DNA from: Gemmatimonadota bacterium
GTDB taxonomy: Bacteria; Gemmatimonadota; Gemmatimonadetes; Palauibacterales; Palauibacteraceae
Direction of reading: 5' to 3'
Length of the DNA stretch: 64,000 bases
NCBI GenBank assembly: GCA_963666735.1
Contig: OY762926.1
Location: 1,952,001-2,016,000 of the forward strand
The notes beneath the pieces are model-generated. The model was not told where the DNA came from, ran no database searches, and worked only from the letters and a program-made list of their open reading frames with translations. Position 1 is the first letter of the stretch. Every line of letters begins with the position of its first letter. The position numbers and the translations under genes are program-made. This document shows, piece after piece, positions 19,639 through 29,049 of this stretch.

Positions 19639-20936
19639 ATGCTTGCCGATTTGACCCCCTTCGCGCGACGGATCCAACCAGGAACGGTCCAAATCGCTGC
19701 CGCACTGCTGGCGACCATTGCGGTCTCGGCAACGCCGGGGGTCGCGGGGACCCAGGAAGTGATCGAACTCCCGGGCGAAGACCACTGGCTGGAGGCCGAC
19801 TTCGAGGAGGTCTACCGGGTGGGGTCCGCGCTTGGCGATGCTTGGGAAGAGTTCGGTACGATCGGCCGGGTGGGGTTCGACGACGCCGGGAACCTCCACG
19901 TGCTCGATCGCCTGGCTGCGCGGGTCGTCGTCGTGAACCCGGACGGAGACCTCGTTCGCGAATTCGGTCGCAGAGGCGAAGGGCCGGGTGAATTCCAATC
20001 GCCCATGGACATGGTGATCATGTCCGATGGCAGGGTCGTAATCGCGGACAGGGGACAGCGCGCGTACCACCTCTTCTCTCCCACCGGGGACTTCGAACGC
20101 ATGGTACGTATGGGCCGCATGGCGCAAGTTCGGGAAATGTACCCCGAGGCCGGTGGAGAATCCGTCGTCAGGGGTGCAAGAATGCTGGGCTTTTCGTTTC
20201 AAGTCGCGGGCGAGTCGACAATCGGCCCCTCCGCCGACCCACGTTCGATCGAACGAGTCTTCCTCACCGGGGACGAGGCGACGGTGGAAACCGCGGCCGA
20301 CGTATGGGGCCCCGCCTGGACCAGGCCGACCGAACGCCTGATTGCCGGGGGGCCGCAGAAAATCATGAGCCGGGGCCCCCGGAGAGGGTTTGAACCGGAG
20401 CTGTTCGCGGGTGTGCTCCCCGGCGGAGGCATCGCATTCTCGGACTCTTCCGCATACGCGATCAAGCTCGCGGAACGGGATGGCCGGATCAGTTCGATAC
20501 TTGCGCGACCTTTTCGCCTGAGCCCGTTACGGAACGCGTGATGCAGGCGGAGAGGAACCGCAGGTTGAGGGACCTGGAAGATGGTCCGGAAAGTCCGGTC
20601 TCCCGGTCCGGAGGCGCAATGACGATATCCGGGACCGGGGCCCGGGCGCGCGAGCGAATCGAGACGCTGGAGTTCGCCGAAGAAATTCCCGTCGTGCGAG
20701 ACCTGCACACGAGTTGGGGCGGCCGGATCTGGGTCCTGCGCCGTGGCGAAGAACCGGCCAGCGACGGTCCCATCGACATCCTCGCCGCTGATGGCCGCTA
20801 CCTCGGGAGCTACCGCACCGGAGCTACGCGGCTTCCAGACGCCTTCGGGCCCGAAGGGCTGGCAGCCTTCATCGAACGGGACGAGCTCGATGTCCAGACG
20901 GTGATCGTGAAGCGACTCCCGCGCACGGTCAACTGA
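19639..20936 (+). pseudogene. Secreted 6-bladed beta-propeller (NHL-like) protein, frameshifted near 20517
   Basis: Signal peptide, [20 protein letters not shown]. Adding one C gives [17 protein letters not shown], joining ORF 20538..20936 ([29 protein letters not shown]). Confidence 0.75.
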
Positions 20937-21358
20937 TGTCTGCGGAGGCGGCGAAGCTTGTGAAGGATCGGTTCAGAGCGGGGGTGCTTGGCGTCTGCGT
21001 CGCTGCGGTCGGATCGCTATTCGGAGACCGACCGGGCGGGGCGCTCAGGAGATCATCGAACGTCGCCCGACAACCTGGTTCGCAACTCAACACCCAACCA
21101 CCGACCTCCCAGCTAGGGCCGACTCCGGCCATGTACCAAACCGGCCATAACCATTGAGGAGACCCGCGATCAGAACCGGTCAGGGCTACGTGGGTCTGCG
21201 GCCGGAAGCGCAGGCGCGGGGTCAGTCTGTCTTGGTCGTGAAAGCTGATTTCGTGACCGCCAAGGTCTTGGAGACCGATGTTCCTCGCAGTACTGGCGAG
21301 CTTAGCTTTCGCCAATCTCCCGTCCCGTAACTTCGACCAACTCCGAGAGGCCCATGCG

Positions 21359-21877
21359 ATGAAGTCCCATCCCTGGATTCGAGCTGCCGCCTTGTCAGTT
21401 CTGGCCTTCGCTGCCGCACCCAATACCGCTCGCGCTCAGCCACTCCAGCCACGACCGGCTACCGAGGTACGCCTGTCGGGCGAACCGACCCTCGCCGTCG
21501 GAAGGCTCGACAGACCGACCGAGTACCTATTTGCGGATATCAACGCCGGCGCTCTGCTCGCCGACGGCAGTATGGTGGTGTCCGACGGGCAGCTTTTTCG
21601 GGTTCAGAGGTTCAGCGCCGAAGGGGAGCACCTGTGGAGCCGGGGCAGCGAGGGCGAGGGCCCAGGCGAGTTCGAGTATGTGCAGATCGCGGAAGGGTGT
21701 GCGAACGCGGAGTCGATCATCGTATACGACATCTGGACCACGCGTGTCTACGTGTACGACGGAGAAGGAAATCTGGTTGACGAGTACCGTCTTCTGTACA
21801 ACGACCATGGGTCCAGCTTGCCCCAGCCGGCGCGGCAGGCTCCGAGTCGGCGGGTCCCGTGTTCGCAGGCTACGTGA
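21359..21877 (+). pseudogene. Truncated second 6-bladed beta-propeller protein (N-terminal part only)
   Basis: Signal peptide ending ARA|Q, GSEGEGPGEF; propeller-like sequence stops near 21800. Confidence 0.65.
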
Positions 21878-22224
21878 AGTCAATCAACCTGAACCTGTCA
21901 CGTGACCTGCGCCAAGATACGGATGGCGAGTTGCAAGCAGGCCGCCGCCGCCATTTCCTATGGCTTGAATTCTTTCCTGGTGACTCAGCAGCAGCCCAGA
22001 CGCTGCGGGCTCTTCGTGATGGACCGGGCGGCGGCGTCGCCGCTTTCAGCTGTCGGGCGAATGACGAATCAGGTGAGTGGCACGGAACCGTAAGGTTGGT
22101 GGATGATCCATTCGCTGAGGATGAGACGAGCCTGAGAGCAACCTTCGATAGCATCGGTGAGTCTGATATCCGACCACCGCCCCATCTCGCCGAAGCTTCA
22201 CCGTCAAGCTCCACCAGCGACTGA
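21859..22224 (+). CDS. Hypothetical protein or 3' fragment of a foreign gene
   Basis: Open frame extends upstream to the propeller breakpoint; visibly lower GC; no motif. Confidence 0.3.
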   Translation: MFAGYVKSINLNLSRDLRQDTDGELQAGRRRHFLWLEFFPGDSAAAQTLRALRDGPGGGVAAFSCRANDESGEWHGTVRLVDDPFAEDETSLRATFDSIGESDIRPPPHLAEASPSSSTSD

Positions 22225-22458
22225 TCCGGCCAGACGCACCAACGGTCGTGGCCTAGTTTTTATTGCAAGTCCCCTGATTATCCCAAGGCTGGATGCGGGT
22301 TTCTTGATCTACAGATCGTACTTGATGCTGGGGGATCTCGGATCCGCGAGGATCGTGGTACGCATGAACGACAGGTACGATCTCGCCGTTCTCGATTCGT
22401 CCTCGGGTGGCGAGGTGGGCAGGATTCAACGAGGGGATGGCGCGGGACGCTGAGAGCG

Positions 22459-23217
22459 ATGGGATGGTTCGTCGTGAGCAGACTGCCTACAAACAAGCGA
22501 GTTGTTCACGCTACGGGACCAAGTGGTCGCGCGTTGTTGCGCACACGTCTCGTGGTTCTCGGTGCGACGCGTCCCGCCCCCTTGGCCCTGACGCTCGCGG
22601 TGCTGCTGGCGACCGGGTGCTGGCGCATCGGGGATGCCACGCCCAGCGACGCGCTCGTCACCTGGGCCGCCTACCCCGAGACGGTGCGAGTGAACGAACC
22701 CTTCTCGTTCGAGTTCGCCGGCCCGGTGTCTCCCGACCAGTGCGGACGGCTCGACACGGCCACCCTGGCGATCACCGACGCCTCGGTCGAACTCGCCGCC
22801 GTGCGGAACACCTTCAGCACCATGTGCTCGCCGCAGAACGTCAGCTTCTACGAGGCGCGGCCGCTGAGGATCGCGACGCCGGGAGCGTATCGCGTGCGCG
22901 GCTCGGCCGGCATCGATCTCGGCACCCTGATCGTCACCGACACCGGGTCCTTCTCCGGCATCCGGGCGTGGGGCGAGGGCACCATCCGCGAGGCGGCCGG
23001 GTGCTGGTTGTTCGGCCCGGGGTGGATCGGGAGCCAGCGGGTGTTCGCGCTCGACGGCCTCAGCCCCGAGCTTCGCGAGGTGGGGACCGAGCGGGTTCTC
23101 CACGTGCGCGGACGGTTGCGGGCCTTCTCCGACTGCGGCAACTGGGGTTCGCGCCCCAGAATCCGTGTGGACACCGCGTGGGCGACCGACAAGACGGTCG
23201 GCGATCTCTATCCGTGA
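22459..23217 (+). CDS. Hypothetical lipoprotein
   Basis: Hydrophobic stretch ending in lipobox LATGC; host-like codon usage; real start probably downstream of 22459. Confidence 0.65.
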   Translation: MGWFVVSRLPTNKRVVHATGPSGRALLRTRLVVLGATRPAPLALTLAVLLATGCWRIGDATPSDALVTWAAYPETVRVNEPFSFEFAGPVSPDQCGRLDTATLAITDASVELAAVRNTFSTMCSPQNVSFYEARPLRIATPGAYRVRGSAGIDLGTLIVTDTGSFSGIRAWGEGTIREAAGCWLFGPGWIGSQRVFALDGLSPELREVGTERVLHVRGRLRAFSDCGNWGSRPRIRVDTAWATDKTVGDLYP

Positions 23218-23284
23218 GCGACACGAGTCCGGGACGGCGCGATCATGGCACGGTATCATGACACTGTATGAGGAGCGGGATGTG

Positions 23285-24484
23285 ATGACGGCGAATGTGA
23301 ACCGGGGCCTCGAGCACCGCCTCGTCTCCGAACTCGGGGAGATGAGGGAGAACGGGGTTCACAAGGAACTGCTGCACATCATGGGGCGGCAGGCGCCCGT
23401 CGTGGACATCGATGGTCTGGGCGAGACCATCAACATGTGCTCGAACAACTACCTGGGCCTGTGCGACGAACCCTCCGTGATGCGGGCCGTGAAGGACGGG
23501 GTGGACAAGTACGGGGCCGGGACCTCCTCGGTGCGCTTCATCTGCGGGACGTTCGACATTCACCGCGAACTCGAGGCGGTGATCGCGGACTTCCTCGAGA
23601 CGCCGGCCTCCCTCACCTACACCTCCGCGTGGAACGCGAACGAGGGCCTCTTCGCGCCGCTCCTGGGGCCGGAAGACGCCCTGATCTCGGACCGCCTCAA
23701 CCACGCCTGCATCATCGACGGGATCCGCCTCTGCAAGGCGCGCCGCTTCATCTACGACCACATGGACATGGATTCGCTGCGCGACGCCCTCGAGGCGAGC
23801 CGGGACGCCCGCCACCGGCTCGTCATCACGGACGGCATCTTCTCGATGGAGGGGGAGATCGCGCCGCTCCCGGAGATCCGGGAACTGTGCGACCGCTACG
23901 ACGCGATCATGGCGGTGGACGACTCGCACGCCACGGGGGTGCTCGGCGACACGGGACGCGGGACGCCCGAACACTTCGGGATGCACGGCGAAGTCGACAT
24001 CGTCACGTCGACGCTCGGCAAGGCGCTCGGGGGCATGGCGGGCGGCTTTACGGCGAGTTCCGACGCGGTGATCGACTATCTCATCCAGGCGTCGCGCACG
24101 CAGTTGTTCACCAACGCCCTGCCCTGCCACTCGGCTGCCGGGGCCATGGCCGCGATCGAGCACCTGGAGGCGCATCCCGAACTCGTGGCCCGCCTCCGCG
24201 ACAACACGGAGTACTATCGCGAGGGACTGATCGAACTCGGGTACAAGCCGATTCCCGGCGGCACGCCCATCGTTCCCGTGATCGTCGGAAGGACGGCGGA
24301 TGCGATACGGCTCAGCCGCGAACTGCTGCGCGAGGGCGTCTTCGTCATCGGGTTCGGGTATCCCGTGGTCCCGCGCGGCGAGGCCCGGATTCGCTGTCAG
24401 TTGTCGGCCGCGCACGAGCGTGAACACATCGACGCCGCCCTCGCCGCCCTGAAGAAGGTCGGCCGGCGGCTCAACCTGATCTGA
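23285..24484 (+). CDS. kbl: Glycine C-acetyltransferase (2-amino-3-ketobutyrate CoA ligase)
   Basis: CSNNYLGL, SVRFICGT, SDRLNHACIIDG, TDGIFSMEG, DDSHATG, STLGKALGG, ARIRCQLSAAH; AGGAG RBS. Confidence 0.95.
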   Translation: MTANVNRGLEHRLVSELGEMRENGVHKELLHIMGRQAPVVDIDGLGETINMCSNNYLGLCDEPSVMRAVKDGVDKYGAGTSSVRFICGTFDIHRELEAVIADFLETPASLTYTSAWNANEGLFAPLLGPEDALISDRLNHACIIDGIRLCKARRFIYDHMDMDSLRDALEASRDARHRLVITDGIFSMEGEIAPLPEIRELCDRYDAIMAVDDSHATGVLGDTGRGTPEHFGMHGEVDIVTSTLGKALGGMAGGFTASSDAVIDYLIQASRTQLFTNALPCHSAAGAMAAIEHLEAHPELVARLRDNTEYYREGLIELGYKPIPGGTPIVPVIVGRTADAIRLSRELLREGVFVIGFGYPVVPRGEARIRCQLSAAHEREHIDAALAALKKVGRRLNLI

Positions 24485-24523
24485 CGCCATTGGCGCCATC
24501 GAGACTGCGGGGAGCATGGGATC

Positions 24524-25228
24524 GTGACTGAGCGCGGACTGAATCGGGAGATGCCCGGGGGGATGGTCATCACCCCGTCGATCCTGGCCGCCGACTACGC
24601 GCGGCTGGGAGCGGAGGTGGCCGAGGCGGAGGCCGCGGGGGCGGAGTGGTTCCAGCTCGACGTGATGGACGGGCACTTCGTCCCCAACCTCACGATCGGG
24701 CTGCCGGTGCTGGAGTCGTTGCGCGCGGTTTCCGGCTCGTTCCTCGACGTGCACCTGATGATCGACAACCCCGGCGAGTTCCTCGAGCCCTTCGCGGCGG
24801 CGGGCGCCGACATGCTCACGGTCCACCAGGAGGCGTCGGCCCACCTGCACGGGGACCTGCACCGGATCCGGGAGCTGGGCTGCTACGCCGGCGTCGCCTT
24901 GAACCCGGCCACCCCCGCGGAGACGCTGGCGGAAGTCCTGGGGTACGTGGACCTCGTCCTCGTGATGACGGTGAACCCGGGGTTCGGGGGACAGAAGTTC
25001 ATCGCCGAGGCGGTGCCGAAGATATCCACGGTGCTTCGCATGGCGGCGGATCGCGGGCTGGCGCCCCCGGCCATCCAGGTCGACGGAGGGATCGACCCGA
25101 CCTCGGCTCCGGTGTGCGCGGCCGCGGGGGCGTCGGTGTTCGTGGCCGGCTCGTCGGTCTTCCGCTGGGCGCCCGGCATCGACGCGAACATGGCGGCGCT
25201 GCGCGACGCGCTCGCGCCCTTCGGCTGA
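24524..25228 (+). CDS. rpe: Ribulose-phosphate 3-epimerase
   Basis: PSILAAD, DVMDGHFVPN, DVHLM, MTVNPGFGGQ, VDGGI, VAGS. Confidence 0.96.
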   Translation: MTERGLNREMPGGMVITPSILAADYARLGAEVAEAEAAGAEWFQLDVMDGHFVPNLTIGLPVLESLRAVSGSFLDVHLMIDNPGEFLEPFAAAGADMLTVHQEASAHLHGDLHRIRELGCYAGVALNPATPAETLAEVLGYVDLVLVMTVNPGFGGQKFIAEAVPKISTVLRMAADRGLAPPAIQVDGGIDPTSAPVCAAAGASVFVAGSSVFRWAPGIDANMAALRDALAPFG

Positions 25229-25235
25229 GGTCGCG

Positions 25236-26444
25236 GTGAACGGCGGCGGGCTTTCGCGCGAAGAACTCGTCCGCTACGGGCGGCACCTGAGCATCCCGGA
25301 GGTGGGGATGGAGGGGCAGCGGCGCCTGCGGGCCTCGAGCGTGCTCATCGTGGGCGCGGGCGGGCTGGGGTCGCCGGCGGCGCTCTACCTGGCCGCGGCG
25401 GGCGTGGGGCGGCTCGGACTCGTGGACCACGACCGCGTGGAACTCTCCAACCTGCAACGCCAGGTGCTCTACGACACGGATTCGGTCGGGACGCCGAAGC
25501 TCGCCTCCGCCCGGACGCGACTCGCGGGCCTCAACCCGGACGTGGCCATCGAGACCTTCGAGACGCGCCTGGATTCCGGGAATGCGCTGGAGATCCTCGA
25601 GGGGTGGGACTTCGTCATCGACGGGAGCGACAACTTCCCGACGCGGTATCTCGTGAACGACGCGTGCGTGATGCTCGGGACGCCCTTCGCGTACGGAGCC
25701 ATCCTGCGCTTCGAGGGCCAGGCTTCGGTCTTCGCCGCGCCCGATGGCCCCTGCTACCGGTGCCTGTTTCGGGACCCGCCGCCGCCGGACCTCGTGCCCA
25801 ACTGCGCGGAGGCCGGGGTTCTCGGCGTCCTGCCCGGGATCGTAGGGTCGATCCAGGCAAACGAGGCGATCAAATGGCTGGCGGGGATCGGCGAGCCGCT
25901 CGCCGGGCGCCTGCTCCTCATCGACGCGCTCCGCATGGAGTTCCGCTCGCTGGATACCGCCCCGGACCCCGAGTGCGTGGTGTGCGGCCCCGAGCCGAGC
26001 GTGACGGAACTCATCGACTACGAGCGCTTCTGCGGAGAGACCGGCGGCGAGGCGGCGACGGGCGGCGAAGGCGGCGCGGAGGACGGCGCGGGGACGGAGG
26101 ATACAGGGGATACCATGGAAGATGTCGACATCGATGTGCACGAACTGAAGCGCCGGATCGATGCCGGCGAGCGCTTCCAGCTCATCGACGTGCGCGAAGA
26201 CTACGAGTGGGCGATCTGCAATCTGGAGGGGGCCGGCGCGCGGCTCGTGCCGCTCGCGACGCTCCCCGCGGCGGTCGAGAGCTTCGACGCGTCGGAGCCG
26301 CTCATCATCCACTGCCGCTCGGGTCCCCGCGGCGACCGCGCCGTCGAGTACCTGCGCGCGACCGGGTTCGACCACGCGGTGAACCTCGCGGGCGGCATCC
26401 TTGCCTGGGCGGAGGAGATCGATCCCGCCATGCCGCAGTACTGA
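25236..26444 (+). CDS. moeB: MoeB/MoeZ-type E1-like adenylyltransferase with C-terminal rhodanese
   Basis: RYGRHL, GAGGLG, SNLQRQ, GSDNFPTRY, PCYRC, NCAEAGVLG, CVVC, DVRE..HCRSG..LAGGI. Confidence 0.92.
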   Translation: MNGGGLSREELVRYGRHLSIPEVGMEGQRRLRASSVLIVGAGGLGSPAALYLAAAGVGRLGLVDHDRVELSNLQRQVLYDTDSVGTPKLASARTRLAGLNPDVAIETFETRLDSGNALEILEGWDFVIDGSDNFPTRYLVNDACVMLGTPFAYGAILRFEGQASVFAAPDGPCYRCLFRDPPPPDLVPNCAEAGVLGVLPGIVGSIQANEAIKWLAGIGEPLAGRLLLIDALRMEFRSLDTAPDPECVVCGPEPSVTELIDYERFCGETGGEAATGGEGGAEDGAGTEDTGDTMEDVDIDVHELKRRIDAGERFQLIDVREDYEWAICNLEGAGARLVPLATLPAAVESFDASEPLIIHCRSGPRGDRAVEYLRATGFDHAVNLAGGILAWAEEIDPAMPQY

Positions 26445-26459
26445 CGGCGGCCCGAGTCT

Positions 26460-27389
26460 GTGACATCAGCCGTCCGAATCGTCTCGCTCCTCGCTTCGGG
26501 GACGGAGATCGTCGACGCGCTCGGACTCGGCGAGTGCCTCGTCGGCATCTCGCACGAATGCGACCATCCGCCCCAACTGCTCGACCGTCCGCGGGCGAGC
26601 CGGCCCCGCTTCGATCCCGAGGGGCTCACCAGCGGGGAGATCGACGCCGCGGTGCGCGAGGCGATGATCGAACACGGCAGCGTGTACGAGATCGACGAGG
26701 CCCTCCTCGAGCGGCTGGACCCGGACATCATCATCACGCAGGCCGTGTGCGAGGTGTGCGCGGTGCCGACGGGCGGGGTGCGGGAGGTGCTCGGGGCGCG
26801 CGGGATCGAGGCCGAGGTCGTGTCGCTGGATGCCCACACTATCGACGACATCCTCGGCTCGCTCGCGCAGGTGGCGCGCGCCGCCGAGGATCCGGAAGTC
26901 GCTCGCGGGCCGGGGAGGTCGCTCCGGAGGCGACTTGACGCGGTGCGCCAGGCGGTACCGGACGGCGACGCGCCGCAAGTGCTCGGCATCGAGTGGTTCG
27001 ACCCGCCTTTCGCCCCCGGCCACTGGGTGCCGGAGATGATCGAACTTGCGGGCGGCCGTAACCTTGTGGGCGAAGCGGGGCGGCCTTCCCGCGAGGTGTC
27101 GTGGGACGAAATCGGAGCCCTCGACCCGGACGCGCTCCTCCTCATGCCCTGCGGCTACGGCCTCGAAGCGGCCCGGCAAGACGCCGACGCACACGCCGAA
27201 CGTCTTCGGAAGGTGGCTCCGCGCGCGGTCGCCGAAGGCCGCGCCTGGGTCGTTGACGCCTCGTCCTACTTCAACCGCTCGGGTCCCCGTTTCGTCACGG
27301 GCGTCGAGATCCTGGGCGGACTGCTGCACCCGGACCGCCTCCCCACACCCGATCCGCGGCACGCCGCCGTGTGGACGCCGCCGGGCTGA
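26460..27389 (+). CDS. Cobalamin-binding-like protein (periplasmic-binding type III fold), no signal peptide
   Basis: RIVSLLASGTEIV..LVGISHECD, EWFDPPFAPGHWVPEMI, PCGYGL, YFNRSGPR. Confidence 0.8.
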   Translation: MTSAVRIVSLLASGTEIVDALGLGECLVGISHECDHPPQLLDRPRASRPRFDPEGLTSGEIDAAVREAMIEHGSVYEIDEALLERLDPDIIITQAVCEVCAVPTGGVREVLGARGIEAEVVSLDAHTIDDILGSLAQVARAAEDPEVARGPGRSLRRRLDAVRQAVPDGDAPQVLGIEWFDPPFAPGHWVPEMIELAGGRNLVGEAGRPSREVSWDEIGALDPDALLLMPCGYGLEAARQDADAHAERLRKVAPRAVAEGRAWVVDASSYFNRSGPRFVTGVEILGGLLHPDRLPTPDPRHAAVWTPPG

Positions 27390-27419
27390 CCGCCGCCACG
27401 GACCGTGCCGCGAGTCCGG

Positions 27420-27710
27420 TCAGCGGCTTGCTTCCTCCCTGGTGTCGCCGTGGTTTCCCGTCCTGTACCGCACATAGCTCTCGAGTACACGGTTCATCCG
27501 CGTCTGGTAGCCCTCTCCCGGAGCCTTGAAGTAAGCCAGCACGGAGCGCTTCACGCGCATGGTGATCTGGTCGGTGCGGTCGGGCTCGACGAGCCCTGCC
27601 CGGTCCCAGAAATCCTCGTCCAGTTCGGGGATCTCGCTGAAGTCGATGCTCTCGTCCTCCACCGCCGCGATCTGCTCGGCCGTGAGGGGCCTATCGTAGC
27701 GTCCGCTCAT
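27420..27710 (-). CDS. brnA: BrnA-family antitoxin
   Basis: IDFSEIPELDEDFW, ITMRV..VLAYFK..GYQTRMNRVL. Confidence 0.9.
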   Translation of the reverse strand: MSGRYDRPLTAEQIAAVEDESIDFSEIPELDEDFWDRAGLVEPDRTDQITMRVKRSVLAYFKAPGEGYQTRMNRVLESYVRYRTGNHGDTREEASR

Positions 27711-27969
27711 GGTAGATTCTCCTTTCCTTGCGCGATGCCGGGCGGGCGGAGATCAGACGAATGCGCCCGCGACGCTCGGTGTAGGCAACCACGATCAGCG
27801 CTCCGGGCTCCACCCGACCAATGCTGATGTGGCGCTCCTCGCCGTAGTCCCGGCGACGGTCGGGCGACGTTGCGATGGTCCCCTCGAAGATGCGCCTGGC
27901 AATCTCGAACCCGATACCGTGCTTGCGGATGTTCGTTTGATTCTTGGTTTCGTCCCACTCGAATTCCAT
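27691..27969 (-). CDS. brnT: BrnT-family toxin
   Basis: MEFEWDETKNQTNIRKHGIGF, YGEER, RLISARPA..ER. Confidence 0.93.
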   Translation of the reverse strand: MEFEWDETKNQTNIRKHGIGFEIARRIFEGTIATSPDRRRDYGEERHISIGRVEPGALIVVAYTERRGRIRLISARPASRKERRIYHERTLR

Positions 27970-27974
27970 TATCG

Positions 27975-27993
27975 ATTATACATATAATATGTA
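27975..27993 (-). promoter_or_regulatory. brnTA -10 box and palindromic operator
   Basis: Perfect TACATAT-A-ATATGTA palindrome at 27979-27993 overlapping minus-strand TATAAT (27975-27980), 5 nt before the ATG. Confidence 0.75.
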
Positions 27994-28022
27994 GTTACAA
28001 CCACCGTTTCGCGAATCGCATC

Positions 28023-28067
28023 GCTATCGGGGAGGGTCGGGCCTGGATCGTCGAGGCTTCCGCCTAC
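28023..28067 (+). pseudogene. Diverged remnant copy of the 3' part of the cobalamin-binding-like gene
   Basis: AIGEGRAWIVEASAY versus AVAEGRAWVVDASSY at 27225-27269. Confidence 0.7.
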
Positions 28068-28243
28068 TCCGCCCACAGGCCAGAAGTGCGATCCGGCGGT
28101 TGCGATGACGGGAGATGGGAGTCTTAGGCGACCCGGAAATCCGGGAGTCGGTGCGTGAAAGGCCGTATCGAATACGCCCACTGCCGGGCTACCGGCTGAG
28201 GACCGGGCGCGGACGCGTAGGCGTCCCCGGGCTGATCGGTCCC

Positions 28244-28660
28244 TCAAGTCCTCCCGGGGACCTTCACGAACCCCGCCGTTCTGAAGTGCCGGTCCAGCGT
28301 GAGGGCCTCTTCGATCCCCAGTTCGGACATGATCGCGAAGCTCGTCGCGTCTGCGAGCGAGAAGTCCTGGTCCGCGAAACGCCGGATCCACTCGCCAATG
28401 GCCAACTCTTCCCGTTCCGGCGTTACCTGTTCGATCCGATTCGGCGGCTGCCGGACCGCATCCAGGAAAGCGAGCGCGACGCGTCGACCCGCGCGACGCA
28501 GCAGAAGCGCGTGGATTTCGGCCACCACGAGGTTCGACGTCACGACCGCGGCGCCCGCACGCACCCGAACGCGGAGAGCTTCGGAGACCGCCAGATGGTC
28601 GGGGTGGGCGGCGTCAGCCAGCGGATACCAGGCGCTCGTATCGACGAACAGCGCGCTCAC
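28244..28660 (-). CDS. vapC: VapC-like PIN domain toxin
   Basis: FVDTSAW, TSNLVVAE, FSLADATSFAIM, ALTLDRHF..AGF. Confidence 0.9.
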   Translation of the reverse strand: MSALFVDTSAWYPLADAAHPDHLAVSEALRVRVRAGAAVVTSNLVVAEIHALLLRRAGRRVALAFLDAVRQPPNRIEQVTPEREELAIGEWIRRFADQDFSLADATSFAIMSELGIEEALTLDRHFRTAGFVKVPGRT

Positions 28661-29001
28661 TTCGAAGCGGCACCGGGTTCATCGGTCGCCCCCGACGACC
28701 ACGACGCGACCTCGGCGCCGGCAAGAAACTCATCGTGGGCGCGCGCCACGTCGGAGTCCGGCTCCCCCTCCCGTGGCGGCGTACCGCAGAAGAGGCCGAT
28801 GATCGACAGGGCCGGGTGACGGTCGGGGTCCGAGAGCTGGGACTCCAGCGCTTCCAGACCCTTCCGCAGAACGTCGGACTTGGTCGTGTCGAGCGTCGTC
28901 CGCAAGCGCTCCAGGCGCTCGCGCTCCGTCCGTGCAAGATAGACCTGCACCGGCTCGCGGACCCGCCCCACTTCGCCATTCGAATCATGAACCGTCGCCA
29001 T
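28657..29001 (-). CDS. Putative RHH antitoxin (VapB-like)
   Basis: VQVYL..ERLERL..TKSDVLRKGL, DVARAHDEFL; stop overlaps the PIN gene start. Confidence 0.75.
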   Translation of the reverse strand: MATVHDSNGEVGRVREPVQVYLARTERERLERLRTTLDTTKSDVLRKGLEALESQLSDPDRHPALSIIGLFCGTPPREGEPDSDVARAHDEFLAGAEVASWSSGATDEPGAASK

Positions 29002-29006
29002 GATTC

Positions 29007-29036
29007 ATGATATGCCTTATGTCATCTTGATGGCAA
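29007..29036 (-). promoter_or_regulatory. Sigma-70-like promoter of the vapBC-like pair with overlapping imperfect palindromes
   Basis: Minus strand TTGCCA-N18-TATCAT, 5 nt before the ATG; ATGATAT..ATGTCAT and TGTCATC..GATGGCA inverted pairs. Confidence 0.65.
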
Positions 29037-29049
29037 GCAACTGACGGTG

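Noticed and set aside
20929..21423. Minus-strand 164-aa ORF with a Trp-rich stretch
   Set aside because: Overlaps the propeller gene start and shows no recognisable family; at most a remnant.
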